Assembly: GCA_004022145.1 (NCBI GenBank)
Contig: RCNU01000001.1
Length of the DNA stretch: 64,000 nt
Direction: 5' to 3' (one strand)
From: Paecilomyces variotii
Lineage: Eukaryota
Positions 50,955-64,000 of the stretch are shown here, one piece after another. The translations under genes were made by a program, and so were the position numbers. The notes beneath the pieces were generated by a model. That model ran no database searches, had not been told where the DNA came from, and saw nothing but the letters and a program-made list of their open reading frames with translations. Within the stretch, counting starts at the first letter, position 1, and every line of letters starts with the position of its first letter.

Positions 50955-52382
50955 ATGGTCCACTCCACGCACCTCGGAGATAGACCTCCAATCTACAAAA
51001 TCGACCTCTCTCTCCCGCCAGCGGAGCGTTATATCGAACTAGCCAGTATATACCGCATTCAACTACGATCTATCTCGCATATCTTCGATGATCTCGTTTC
51101 GTCCATTCACCCTAACATCCCTCTTGGGCTCGTTCACAAACTAGCCCGACTCTGTATGCGGCGTCTGTACACTTCGGAAGAAACCGAGGAAATCCGCGGA
51201 ATCAGCAAAGCCACTGATATACCATTATATCTTCTAGTTGCCTTTAATGTCCTGCTTGACCTTCTTATGGGCTGTACCAGTGGAGGTGTAAGAGTAAAAC
51301 CCCACCGTGATGCAACGGAGACGAAGATGCTGCATTTCAGAACCCTAGACTGGGGTATGGATGCATTGAGAGAATTGGTGGTTCAGCTAGATTACGTTCG
51401 AGGACCAGATACAGAGAAAGTTCTCGCGAGGAGTATCACTTATGTTGGTTTCGTTGGCGTTTTGACTGGAGTGAGAAAGGATCTTAGCCTATCTCTCAAT
51501 TTTCGGCCTACACATAATGTGGTATCCTGGGTTTCGAATTTCTTCTTCTACGCAAACCATCTGCTTGTCTTGTTTGGGATTCGTCCCTCGATTGCATCAC
51601 TGCTTCGACAATACATCGTTCCTGAGTTGAACGATAAAGAATCGCAAGAGCACCAGACAGTTCTCCATATGGAAGAAAAATATGGGCCTGAATCGCAAGC
51701 TCCATCCCTAGTCAAAATCGAATCGACTCTTCCTTCAATACCAACCACAGCAGCGTATCTGATCTTCAGCGACGGTATATCCACCCTGACCATGGAAAAA
51801 GACTACCGGAGTGCCGTCATCCGAAGCTCAACCTCTTTCATCGTCACCACCAATAACGATCTAGAACCAGACACTCCTCCAACAGAGCAAGTCGCAGCAC
51901 AGAAACGAAAGACTCATGCAGGCCTGGGAGTGATTGCTGGTGAAACACAAAGTGTGGCTGACATCATTGAAGATAGCAATGAGCGGCGAGACTGCATGCA
52001 GAAGAACTGGGATAAGAAAGTTCATCGTGAGCAGCAGAGAAGAGCTACAACTAGTCAGTTTGGCAGAAATCACCGATCCGGGGATGAGAAGCTTCATTCA
52101 ATGAAAGAAAAGAGATACTCGACCAGGTCCAGTAAGAAGAGTCAATCTCTCCAGAGCTACACGCGACTTCGTGGATCCCCCATTCGAGAGATGAATACCA
52201 TCAAAGCGACCAAATTCGATGATGAGTCCGTCTCAGCGACACCGAAAGAGGCCATTAAGTGGCTAAGTGGCTGGCCCGTGACAAATGAAACGACACACTA
52301 TGCGATGCTCATGGACCCCACTGAGGGAGAGATCATATGGATCAAGCGTTATCTGGAGCCCGTTGATTTGTATTCTAGTTAG
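50955..52382 (+). CDS. Acid ceramidase / NAAA-like Ntn-hydrolase, intronless
   Basis: PIYKIDLSLPPAERY, EIRGISKA, LLMG-CTSGG autocleavage nucleophile, HFRTLDW, YVGFVGVLTGV, SLSLNFR, TTHYAMLMDP. Confidence 0.9.
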   Translation: MVHSTHLGDRPPIYKIDLSLPPAERYIELASIYRIQLRSISHIFDDLVSSIHPNIPLGLVHKLARLCMRRLYTSEETEEIRGISKATDIPLYLLVAFNVLLDLLMGCTSGGVRVKPHRDATETKMLHFRTLDWGMDALRELVVQLDYVRGPDTEKVLARSITYVGFVGVLTGVRKDLSLSLNFRPTHNVVSWVSNFFFYANHLLVLFGIRPSIASLLRQYIVPELNDKESQEHQTVLHMEEKYGPESQAPSLVKIESTLPSIPTTAAYLIFSDGISTLTMEKDYRSAVIRSSTSFIVTTNNDLEPDTPPTEQVAAQKRKTHAGLGVIAGETQSVADIIEDSNERRDCMQKNWDKKVHREQQRRATTSQFGRNHRSGDEKLHSMKEKRYSTRSSKKSQSLQSYTRLRGSPIREMNTIKATKFDDESVSATPKEAIKWLSGWPVTNETTHYAMLMDPTEGEIIWIKRYLEPVDLYSS

Positions 52383-52797
52383 ATATCCCAAGGATGTCTC
52401 ACATATGCGAAACTGATGACTATTTCTATCGTCTTACCAAACAAAAACGACACAGAAAAGCTCAAATACTGCCTCCGTCACCTCTAAGTGCATAAGCCGA
52501 ATATCAATTAACTATCGGAACAAGGCATACAGCAAGTGTTTGCGTTGATAAAAATGTACTTTTGATAGTTAAATACAAAGTTCTAGTCTATAGGGCTTGG
52601 AAGCTATCACGCTCGTAAAGTCAATACAGCAACCAAATGCACATTATATCCCCATCCAGATGGGCTGTCTAAATTGTGCATATAGTCGGGCTCAAATCTC
52701 AGGGATAAAGTCATATAGATAAAGTGAAGGAAGTAACAGAACGGAAGTAAGTCGTCTTTTAGAGAAAGATAAAGGGGTATTCTTGTTCAATAAGGAC

Positions 52798-55700
52798 CTA
52801 TGGATCTTCTCTGATCCAAAGAACATCCTCTTTGGAAATCGAGGCATCCAATGCTAACACTCGAAGATATTGGTCTCTGGGAAACCCGTAGATAATGTCG
52901 AGATCTGTTGCCGTCCCAGGCTCCATCTTTGGCCCATGAAGGCCCGCACGACTGTATAATGGAGGGCCATTCACGACAAATCCCACTTTGTCGTCCAATT
53001 TCGTTTCGTTCCTGGCTGCGGAGATTATTGCTTCAAGACGTTTCTCAATGAGCCGCGAGTGTATGCGGGCGCTTTCCCAAAAGCGACAGAGATCGTCGAT
53101 CACGTCCAAACCGCTATGTATAAGAGAGATGCATTCACTTAGATCTATCGTAAGACCAGCAGCGCTGAGCACATCGGTAGCACACAATATCAAGTAGCTG
53201 ATGAGAGGGTACGAGAATATCACTCGCCGCGTAGACGTTGACGGATCGTATCCAGAATTCAGCTGCGTCACAGCCAGGGATATACGCAGTATCTCAGCGG
53301 CATGATGTCTAGCTCTACCAATATTGATACGAGCTGCCTCCCCTGAAAGATATTCGAGTCGTACATGCCGGTGCAACCTCATAAGCACAGCATGGTATAG
53401 CATGTGAACAGAAACGAACATATCGGAGCTGCCTGTGCGAATGCTCCGTTCTATATTGGCCATACTGTATATGAAAGTTTCGGGAAGGTTCATATTACTT
53501 TCTTCCAGTCGTCTCGTGACATTCGCATTGAATTCTTCAAGCCGTGTCGTGTACGTCTTCTGAGGTATATGAGGAGAACGGATCACATGATTCGTGACTT
53601 CTCCCCATTGAAACGCCAATTCTATCAGACTGGACATTGCACTGAGGGAAGGCTGCTCATCCAACTTTAGTGTCTGGGGGCGATCGATCGTGTTTTGGAA
53701 GTAAGGCGTGATCGTGTACTGCTCTGCTTCGTAGACATCTTCGGGACACGGGAGTCTCAAGAAAGAGTCTTGCGGTTGCACAGAAACAGGACGGAATGAA
53801 TAAAATCCGGGAAGTCTCTTATCAATCGTCAGTCGTGCAATTATCACTCAAGGGAATAGACGTTCAACCAACATCCAGGATAAATGCAACCCAAAATGTC
53901 CGTCTCCGGCATTCGATCAGAGACTGAGGCTGTAAACCATATTCACAGGTTTGGCTTGTATCCCGAGTTAATCCTTCTGCTTCGATATTATAATCTAGCC
54001 CACAGACAGTCCTGACGGCCGCGCCTATCAGGTCCCAAGCCTTCACCAGAGCACCGATAGAATAGTACCACAGACTAAGTATTATCCTGCTCTGGGCGAG
54101 CTGTAACGTCAATGCGTGTTGGCTCTTTTCCACTGCATAGCTGGCCGTTTTTGAATAGCGTTTCCCGGCGAGAATGTTGTCCGGACGGTCAGAGAACACT
54201 GAACCCATAGCCATCATCGAGTATATAAGCATTTTGTCATCGGGAGATTTCGTACGGCAGGATCTCAGCCACTCTAAGAAATTCCTTTTCGGAAATATAT
54301 AATAGAATCCATCGTTCACGTAGGTAAAGTATTTTTCGATATAATGGCTCATTGCTTCCGGGTTGGCTTCGTAGGGATCGGTGGCCCATTCACGAACCAT
54401 CGGGTCATCCGGATCGACGTCTGTGATGTCCGCCAGTATGTCAACACGATCAGCTCCATCCCCAGATGCTGCCCTACTCGTCTTCCATCTAGGATGATCC
54501 GTAGTGCCGCTAGAGGAATTTGAGGATCCTCTCTTTTGGGAAAGCGAAGGATCCGACCGTGCACCTCGGATGGTGCCGCCCACAGATGACATTATCGAAG
54601 AGTCGGAAAGGGGAGATTGATTGCTGCTACCTGGAACGAGCACGTATTGGTCAGGTGCTTGGACCTTCTTGTAGTATTATTGGAAAGCAGAACTGAATGT
54701 GTGAATTTAATAATCGCGATACGTACTTTCTTTCGCTCGCGATGATATCGATCGGTACTCATGAGAACCTTTTGCAGCCGCTGAATGGCCTCGTGGCCTG
54801 AAAGATGCCAACTCAGTAAGTACCTTAATTATCGAAAATCAGACCCCAAGGGAATAACTTACGCGCTCTCAAACCTACACTCCTTGCCAGATTTCTGGCA
54901 TTGATCACACTTAGGAATGTTTGGCTGGCACTTGATCTTCTTTTCCCTGCAAGATATGCAAGCTTGTGCTAATCGTTTTCTGGGCTTCCCAGCCTTGGTG
55001 ACACCCCAGTTCGCATTGACGGGAACACCGTCGATAGATTTTGGACAATGCGACCCGTCCGCATAGATGTAGCAAAGCCCTTCACCCTCTATATATCGCT
55101 CATCTACCACGTGAGGTAGCTGCTGACGCGGACGAGAGCTGCCAGATATGGAAGTCATATTGCTTTGCCCCTGTGACGGAAGAGACTGCGGATCCCGTAT
55201 ATCCTTCCCGTAAGACGCTCTGTGAGAAAGGGACGAGAGTGGACGAGTCGGGTTCGGCGGTTCGACGCTCATTGCGGCGTACTGTTGCGAATCACCCATA
55301 GGGTTGATATAGCCTTGGTCTGTTCCCATCTGAGCGATCGGAGGTAATTTGCCCGTTGCATGCCTTCTTTCTTGCCCGTAACCATCCAAATGGTATGCTG
55401 GAGAACTGGCGCCAATCCTCGAAATGAGCCCTGGAATATGACCGGGAAAGGGTTGTGATGAAACATCATAGCGACTACCGATTGACGGCTCATTTATAGT
55501 GTCTGCTCCAAGTCGACTGCTTACTTGAGTATTAGGATCATATGGCCATGCCGGAAAACTAGAATCAGACGCAGACGTAAGCAGTTGGCTGACAGAAGGT
55601 AATTTCTCCCCACGCAACTGTCGCCTTCCAGCGTCCGCTCCCTCCCCTACATCTTGTTGATGCCCAGTTATTTCGATTTCCAGCTGTGATGTCCTTGTCT

Positions 55701-55839
55701 GTCGAGGTGGTGGAAGTTGGTATAGGCCATCACTGACCGTTGTTAACGGCCTGTCCGAGTTATCGGGATCTTCCGCGGTTTTTCGTGCTTCAGAAGCAGG
55801 TTGCATGCGCTCGACTGGTCTCATGAAATGATCTGACAT
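52798..55839 (-). CDS. Zn(II)2Cys6 transcription factor with fungal-specific middle homology region (4 exons; start uncertain)
   Basis: CISCREKKIKCQPNIPKCDQCQKSGKEC binuclear cluster preceded by WGVTKAGKPRKRLAQA; ECRRRTFWVAFILD motif; three introns keep the frame. Confidence 0.92.
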
Positions 55840-58800
55840 AACTAGCACCTCTTCCGTCGGTTACCATATGGCGTCGCAGCATGGCCATCAAGGAGCGCGA
55901 GCAAACCAGCAGAGAGCTATGGGATATTGCGTAAAAGATGTGCTGTGCCGCGCGCGAAAAAAAAAAGCCCCGAAACTAGAGCATGAAGAAGTATCTGGTG
56001 GGGTGAGTGTTGCCAATTCTGTCCTCTCGTAACGACTTTCAGTTGGGGAGAGCAGGCGCAAGTGTGCGTCCACAATAAAGCATAGTGAGCTGCAGGGCAG
56101 GAAACTATTAGCATCGTCGGCCTGATCGCAGACACGTATACGTCTGCCCATGTCAGGCGCGACATCTGGGAAGAGTTCAACGTACCTCAGAATGCTCTGG
56201 AACTAGTGAATGAGAGAACTGCTCCAGGAGGTATAATTTCCCCGGGAAACGACCAGGCACTACGTCGGCCCTACTGGAAGGGTGGATCTGTTACAAGAAG
56301 ATCAGATCGATACCGGTATAACTGCAAGGTCCGGGAGAAGCAGTACATTGAAGATAGAGTTTGGCCGGCCCTTGGGTCAGGGAACCCAATTGTTCTTGTG
56401 TCTGACTGCAGGTTTATGGTGGGGAGGACGTAAAAATGTCAAGATCGCATCTTACGGCGCAGACTGTGTATTTCAAATCCGTCCACGGTCATGGAGACCC
56501 TCCAGAAGAACTGATTTTCCGATATCAATCTTCTCTAGAGCTCTCAGTCGATCACAGTTACATACATCAGACACTCCCTTTGGAGACGGTTTCAGCTCAG
56601 GTCGGGATAGGTTATATACGTGTCTCCGTGGATATACCGACTTCAGGAGATCGGGAAGAGGAAATCGAATCAGCTGCTCGCGATTGAGTAAGCAACAGCA
56701 ACAAGCTGGTAACTAATAATAATCAGCACAAGAGCTCAGTCAGGAACTGGCACTCTTAGGTGGCAGGCTGACTTGCCTACGTTGGAGTAGACGGTAAATG
56801 AAGCGGCTCGGCGCTTGGATGCCACAGGGACCGATAGCTTCTTCCCGATCTCATCAAACCTAAATTACGGAGTATTCCGCCAGAGATGAATTCGGTTTTG
56901 CGGTCCTAAAGATGGGTCGTAGCCTGCGGGAATTTACCGCCGCAATGTGAGTAGCGCAGCAATTATTGCTCCGTACGGAGTACACTCGACGCCGTTGAGC
57001 ACAGAAGCCGGGGTCTGCTAGGGTATCTCGAACCACCGCTTAATGAACGGGGGCCAGAACCCTTGTCAGGAGCTCAAACCAGCGCTTCTGTCTATGGGCC
57101 CCGTAACCGTGGCATTTACTGTAGCACGGTCCAGGGCCATTATTCTCCGCTCTGAGGCATTCGTTCTGTTTGCTGACCTTGAAGTACACAATATTTTTGT
57201 AGTTAACAGTCCCAGCGATTCAAGATGCACTCGGACTATCCATTGCGGCATAAGAACAGATCCACTGAAGACTGAGTACATATAGCGCGGCTCAAAGAAC
57301 TCCTTGGACTCTGGAGTCCTTTTGTCTCTGGTGGATCATGGTGGATCGTCGCCGTTATCCGGTGTATCTAGAGTCGCGAGTCTGACCCGTAACTAATCTT
57401 ATGGCGTATAGGAGAAATAGTGTTGATGCCATGCCGAACGTTCAATCACTTCCAGAATTCGCCAGGTGGCTTTTTACTGAGTCAGAACTCAGAAGTCACT
57501 GGCTGCCCAAGTCATGCTGTCGATGTTTGAAAACGCCATGTCATTTCTGAAATTAGCCTCTTCCTCCAGGAGGGAAGCCGGTGTGAGCACTGATACGGAG
57601 TGCTCCGCACTCCACGGTCTCGGTTAAGTTAGTGCTTCCCACGTTACGGGATATGGGTCTACCGTTCGATCAGCATTCTCTTATTGTTTAGTGGCCATCA
57701 TCGTCGTCGTCTCCCCGTTCGAAGGTTTCATAGGGAAGGCTTCTCGCAGCCCATAAGTTGGTATTACATGGTGGCAGGAGAGCAGGGTTAGATCTCAGAT
57801 GATAACCATGCGAATCGATATAAGACTCGAAGTCGACTGTTCGATATGCCATACTTAACTTGCTGCAGGGCCAGATCTTTCTCGAGTATGTAGCGGAAGG
57901 GCCAACAGATCAGCGGGCCCAGCAACCAGGAAAGAATTGTGGGATTGGAATCGGATTCTCGTTCCGCGAGCACTAGCACGATCGGTCAGTCCCGGCTGCT
58001 TCGACTGCATCACCCGTTCACTTTCTTGGGCTGCCCCTGCTCACGGTCATTTAAATGATAATTGTTAGTTCGCTGTCGTCCACACGCCTTGGCAGATCCG
58101 ATCTGCAGCCTATCTCGATCCTTTGATGAATCTTTCTGGTCAATAATAATAAGAACGACGCGGCACAGACAACATGGGACACTTGAACGATCGTCCAAAT
58201 GAGGGACGTCAGAAAGAAAAGGGACAATAATAGTGTGGGCTCTGTTGCACTAGTCCGGACGATAAAAATTCGCACGCCATGGCGGCATGGCCCCTTCATG
58301 TCAGTGGAATCCCCGGCGATACGCCGAAGAATCGTGCAGTTGGCGCGCTTTCTATTTCCGCGTAGTTCAACCGCCAACACCACGGGATGGCACGTGAAAC
58401 TGCCCGGAAAAGCCACAGAGACAGCGGCAGTTCAGCACATGCAATATAACGCAATCGCGAGTACAAGCAAGCCATCTGCAGTTATGAATTATCAATAAGT
58501 GAGTGAGTGCAAAAGGAGCACTAATTTGTTCCTATTTACTCCGGGGTTCTTCCGGTCTGAACACTTTTCCAGACAACCCTCTTGTTTTAGTGTGACACAC
58601 CCTCTGGAGGCCGTTAAAGAGACCCCTTGAAAAGCTGACGGATTCAACACGAGAACTGGCAGGCTAGCAACAATAATATTAGAGGATCAATATCGTTCCT
58701 TGAGCCTACTATGCAGATCAACCATGTTGCCGTCACCTCTGCTTTCTCCGATTCGTAAGATGCGGCTCCGATGTTTCCTACTGCCTTTGAAGACGGCGAC

Positions 58801-60660
58801 CATCGTCCAATTGCCAGTCGCGACGGTGCAAAGTTTTTCTTCCCTCCCGCGGACCTTATCAGCTCCGTCTCGCCCTACCCTGCACTTGTTGACGGGCTGG
58901 ATACTCACTTAACTGCTTCCAGTAAACCGATTCTTTCCTAGTGGCCCAAGGGGAAGACTTGATGCACTCTAATTGATTGTTTGTTTCCTTCCGCATACCC
59001 CGATTGGGCACTAGCTAGTGTCTGGGCGCCAAGGATATTTTTCAAAGTTACTCCGCTCTTGACTACAGAGTTCAAGACAATAGTATAAGATCAAGACGAC
59101 AGTTTCTACGGAACGAAACGCCACATGAAACAGATATGGTAAGACGGGATGATTCGAGTGCACACGGGACATAGAGTACATACATAGCCTTGCTTATCAA
59201 TCATATCGATATTTGCAGCTGCCCAGGAGAGTGCCTGAAATATACATACGTCGACGGTTGCTGCTGAAATTTTTATATTATGAGATCCTAACAACTTTAG
59301 TCACGGAGTAAGCCAAAACTCGTCTTACGGTGATGGGGATAGCACCTACTCTCCAGATAATTGACTATGATACTGACCCACTAACAGCCCAGCCCATGTC
59401 CATGGACCAGGTAATATGTATGTATATACAACCTGTCCAAAAACAGCAACCCGGTACGTGCCAACTCAAGACAGATATATCAAATCTTCATAGCTGACCA
59501 GTAAACTCAACCCTAGACATCTCGAATCAATTCTAAATATTTACGCTCGCTGACTAACTGATATTGGCATCTCAGTGCGCTTTTTCACCCATATATTACA
59601 TATCATGTAACTATTCCGTGTAGATGGACAAAGTTTACGCTAAACCTACCTTTCGTGGCTATCTATCCGAAATAGGCAATAGGTAGAGCTCAAAAATTGT
59701 TCAAGATACGCAACCCACAAATGCACGGAGCATTACTCTAGATGATGGCTAGAATGGATGTGGCTATTATCTTCCAGCGTCTACTGGGAAAAGGTGAGCT
59801 GCATATCAAACTTTAAGCCTTGGGTAGAGAAAGCAGGATCCGAATTTTTCTTCTCCTTTTATCGAATTGAACACAAAAAGAAAAAGCAAATGTAGACACA
59901 CCTCTTTACCATATCTTTTTTTTTAAGTGTGAACTACCGATGGATCCTCTTACGACTAGTCAGCAAGCTATGCGGAGTATGTCTCAGATCTCTTGTGATG
60001 CAGCAACTTTGCTTGCTTGGCTCTAGATTCTAACAATATTTATTTCCTCGTTACATAAAGGATCTAGACCTGGAGGATCTAGCAGGCTTTATTATGCCCA
60101 AGGACCTGATGCAAACGGATGGTATAACGTGTTATCATGCACAGGTCGTCAACAGAAACTACTCTCGTGCAGGATGTCTCGGTGGTTAATTGAGTCAAGT
60201 TCGTCTACATCTGCAGTGCCATTGCTAGCTTAGATACGAAGATACCCCTCGAAGCATTGAGTGTCTGATCATGAAATGGGGGAATTTTCTAAGGCTACGT
60301 AAGTATTCGATATTCTCGATCAAGAGGATCAGCTACATACTTCGATTTGGCCCGAATCATAAGCCCGCCTTTCTTACGAGAACGAAAAGCGCGGAACAAT
60401 TATTAAGTCGGTTACATATCTACGCATAAATGCTAGGTGCAGTCGTTGAGGTCATCAGAATTTCCCGCTCATAATGCACAAGCCGGGATCATGCGGCGAT
60501 TAGAGGGGTCCGCATATCGCGGATTTATTACCATGGATACATGATTTCACGGGTATTGCACAAGCGTTGATTCATTCAGCTGTGACTACCATTTTTAACC
60601 GAAGAGAAATAAAACTCATATCAAGAACCCTCAGAAAATAACCAGTTTTTGACCTCCAAT

Positions 60661-61964
60661 TTACTCCTCAGCCAGGATCTTCTGGAAGGTCTCGCCGGCA
60701 CGCTCAGGCTTGCCGCTCTCAACACCCTTCTGGCCGAGCTTCTCCTTGGAGAAAGCAGCAGCGTAGGGGTTGAGTCTCAGCATGACCTGCTTGTTCCTGA
60801 GAGGGTTCTTCTTCTGCACGTTGGTCCTCTTGGTACGGGCCTCGCCCTTGGGCTCACGAAGGACGGACTGGATTTCGGAGGAGTTGATCAGACGGGCAAT
60901 GTCGGCGTTAGCGACAAGGTTGGAAGGCAGGATGAAGTCCTTCTTCAGGGCAGAGGGAGTAGTGGTAGTGCCGTAGACCTCGTCCAGAGCGGCGAAGGCA
61001 GAGGAAGTCCAGACGATGAAGCGGCCAAGGTGACCACCGGGGGCGAGCTGGAGGAGGTTGAGAGAGAAGACGGGGGAGGTCTCAACACCGGGGATGTTGC
61101 GGAAAGCCTTGACGAGCTCCTTGCCATCGACCTCGGGGTTGTAGACAACCAGAGGACCACGGCGCTGGCGGTGACGACGGCCACGGAGCTTACCCTTACC
61201 GGCACGGATCTTCTTGGACTTCTGGACCTTGACAAGGTCAGGACCAGCACCAACAGCCTTCAGGAGAGAGACAGCGGCCTTGGTCTTGGTCAGGGCAGCA
61301 CCCTCGAAGGTCTTGGAGTCGACAACCAGGGGGACCTCAGGAACGCTAGCGATGCGGTGACCACGGGCGAACAGGAGGGAAGGAACGGAAGAAGCAGCCA
61401 GGGCGGAAGCGGTAGCGAAGCGCCTGGTTAATCTGTCAGTATGGAAACTCCTGCCAATACGGGTCTTCCTGATGCGTACTTCTGGCCAAGGTTGATCTTC
61501 TGGTGCCACTTTCTCCAGACCTTGGTCGGGGCGAACATACGACCAGAACGGCACTGGTTACCGAAAGCAGCCTGACCAGCACGGTGCGTACCGCCACCAG
61601 AGACACGGGGGATACGGGCGACAGCACGACCTGGCGCAAATTGTATCAGTATGAAGATGTCCCCAGATCAAACATTCTTAGCATCTCGAATTGGCGACGT
61701 ACCGGTACCCCAGGACTCAGCAGAAGTCTGTTCACCAGCCTTCTCGCTCACAGCATAGGGCTGGCGCTTGTTCTTCGCGATACCGGTGTGAACCTTCCTG
61801 CAAAATCCATCAGCACCATTTCACCCATTGCCTTTCTCATTTTCGACGGCTTACTGGACAATGTCGGGACGGATTGGCGACTCGAAAACGGCGGGCAGAG
61901 GAATAGTCGCTCCGCTGGGCTTGCCATCCGCCGTGGCGATGGTGACGGTAGGGCGAGACGCCAT
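60661..61964 (-). CDS. RPL4: 60S ribosomal protein L4 (uL4); 4 exons
   Basis: MASRPTVT start, [60 protein letters not shown]; strong codon bias. Confidence 0.98.
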
Positions 61965-62074
61965 TTTGTCGACAAGTTGCTGGTCGTTGTCGTCGTTAAA
62001 GGTTGGAGTTCAAGATGCTTCACGAAGAGCTGTGGGTTTTCTCGCTTACTCGGAGATCGGTGGTGAGAGTGCGG

Positions 62075-62090
62075 AAACCCTAAGCCCTCA
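62075..62090. promoter_or_regulatory. Tandem ARCCCTA-type (Homol-E/telo-box-like) ribosomal-protein promoter element
   Basis: AAACCCTAAGCCCTCA ~110 bp upstream of the RPL4 ATG; CCAAT nearby at ~62162. Confidence 0.55.
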
Positions 62091-62935
62091 ATTCCACTTT
62101 AGGCGATGCTGGCCGTAGCGCCAAGCCTTTATGCAAGTTAGCGCCCGCCTTCTCTCCACAGCCAATCGGAAGCGACAGACCGATCTGTCCTACTTTCAGG
62201 CGTTCAAGTAACCGCTGAGCCCCAGAGCAATCACATTGTCATTGTTCAGTTTCATGACCGGACAGCCTGGCCCAGGTGTGATGGATAATGCATTGCAGCT
62301 CAGTTGTACCTCTCTCTCTTGTGGAGCTTCTGCTATTGTCTTCTGCAAGCAAGCCTATGCTCAGGCGTCATCACCATTGGACAGATCTCTAACGTGTATA
62401 CAGCAGGAGTCATCTCACAAGATGTCGATCACTACGTGCTACTTTCTTTAGACAGTCGATGACACTAATAATCAAGCTATGCCGCCTGCAACTCTGCGGC
62501 ACAGCAGTTTTATGCACCCTGGAAACTTGCTGTGGTATCCCAAATGTCACTTTCGAGGAGTCCACCAATACCAGCTCTCGAGCAAGCGCCGTGAATGTGC
62601 CAGGCGACATGGGGCTTGTTTTGCTTTTCCTATCCCCATTCGTACCTTTTTTCTTGCAAACATGCAGCTATTCATTAGTTGACGCCGGCTACCTACTGGA
62701 GAGATGCAGATCATTGTATCCGCATCATGTAGTAAAACCTGGACAACTGCCGTTTAAATGGCAACTCATATCCTGTAAGAAGGGCTATGGCCATTCTAAT
62801 CTGACATAAACTGTTTCTCTCCCTGATTACCAGGGACTCTGCAACCGACTGCTCATCAAAACTGTTACTCGGTATTTGCAGTACTAAGGTATCTGTAGCG
62901 GACCTCGCGGAAATAACGAACGCCCCGAGGCTGGA

Positions 62936-64000
62936 ATGGACATCGAGGAGAGGCCTTCTCAAACTATACGTGAACGAAATACGCCCCGTGAGTCGTCCGT
63001 TTTGAGTCAATACTTAGAGGGGCGCTGGCTAAGTTTTGACCAGGGGCAACATGGAAACCACTCTCTTTGCACCCTGCCCTAGTGTCGTTGATGATCGCTT
63101 TCACTTTGTTCATCATCGTAATATTGATTATGCTGCAACTGAAGAGTAACAATGACGGGGGCATACTTTTCTCGAATGATGTCACTAATTTCCCTGTCGG
63201 ACTCAACTTTCTCTATCTATACCTCCCAACGATCATCGCCGTGATATATACCACACTCTGGAACTGGGTTGACCTCAATGCAAAAACACTGGAACCGTGG
63301 TATCAGCTGTCAAAAGAATCGGGATCTTTAGGCAAGAACTCTATCATGCTCCAATACCCGGCGGAATTCCTTGCGTCAGTACCTATTGGGTCAATGAGAC
63401 GGAGGTATGTTCATAAGATCGCAGCTTTCACTCCTTAACTAATCTAACTTCTCCGCAGACATTGGGTGGTTTTCTGCACATCCACTATTTTGGTTGTTCT
63501 TTTCTGGGCGGTTACACCTGTTCAAAGTGGCATTTTTGCTGTCAAGTCTGTCCGAAAGTCACAAATTCAGCCAGTCATGGCTTCGCCAGGGTTGCTTTCT
63601 CCCGAAGAACAATCACGCGCATTGACAATGAATTTCATAAACCAGGGCTATAGCGTGGCATGGTATGGCGAAAAACTCCCTGCTTTTACCACTAGGACGT
63701 ATGCTCTCCTCCCGTTTCTCCCTGCTGGCGATGACTTATCCGGGTCAAATCAGACATGGACAGGGAATACTATCTTATACGACACATACCTCGATTGTCG
63801 GCCTCCTGTCTCTGTCACAGATGACGAGGATTGGTTGACCTTTGATGATGGGCAAGGCTGCATTGCTCGGGAGATTATCTTGTCTGCCGAAGATTATGGC
63901 AGGCAGAATATAAGTGCTTATTATATAGGTTACGATGGAGATGGTGGAACCGGCGGTGGTGTTTCATTGAGAGGGGCCGGCTGCAATTCCAGCTCGCTGC
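62936..64000 (+). CDS. DUF3433-like multi-pass membrane protein, truncated by the window end
   Basis: WKPLSL, YLYLPTIIAVIYTTLWNWVDLNAKTLEPWYQLS, SIMLQYP, RRR|HWVVF, VTPVQSGIF; introns ~62988-63043 and ~63405-63458. True start may lie upstream. Confidence 0.85.

Noticed and set aside
60649-61431. 260-aa plus-strand ORF antisense to RPL4
   Set aside because: Shadow ORF expected from the strong codon bias of a highly expressed gene; no recognisable motifs.

Overview
Gene-dense, intron-containing chromosomal segment from a filamentous ascomycete, most likely Eurotiales (Aspergillus/Penicillium relatives), judged by ~50-70 nt GT-AG introns with CTRAC branch points and by protein similarity. I can support about 22 protein-coding genes. 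Most are conserved housekeeping genes: NAD+ synthetase QNS1 head-to-head with NADH pyrophosphatase NPY1, CTD kinase CTK1, GTP cyclohydrolase I, HAT2/MSI1, XRN1, PWP2, septin CDC12/AspC, WDR83, a CASTOR/ACT protein, PRP45, DNAJC11, an acid-ceramidase-like Ntn hydrolase, a Zn2Cys6 factor and RPL4. Three predicted secreted genes are interspersed among them. I saw no tRNA, rRNA, CRISPR array or recognisable transposon. The most interesting signals are: (1) a secreted Kex2-processed repeat (KEP-like) peptide precursor with two alternating peptide types at 15494-16735; (2) a spliced 29-codon upstream ORF on an unannotated transcript/long leader ~1.7 kb ahead of CTK1; (3) the divergent NAD synthesis/NAD(H) cleavage gene pair; (4) uORF architecture in front of the CASTOR-like gene; (5) an intronless DUF6454-like secreted gene squeezed behind WDR83. 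Exon boundaries were read by eye; family names come from motif recognition, not database searches.
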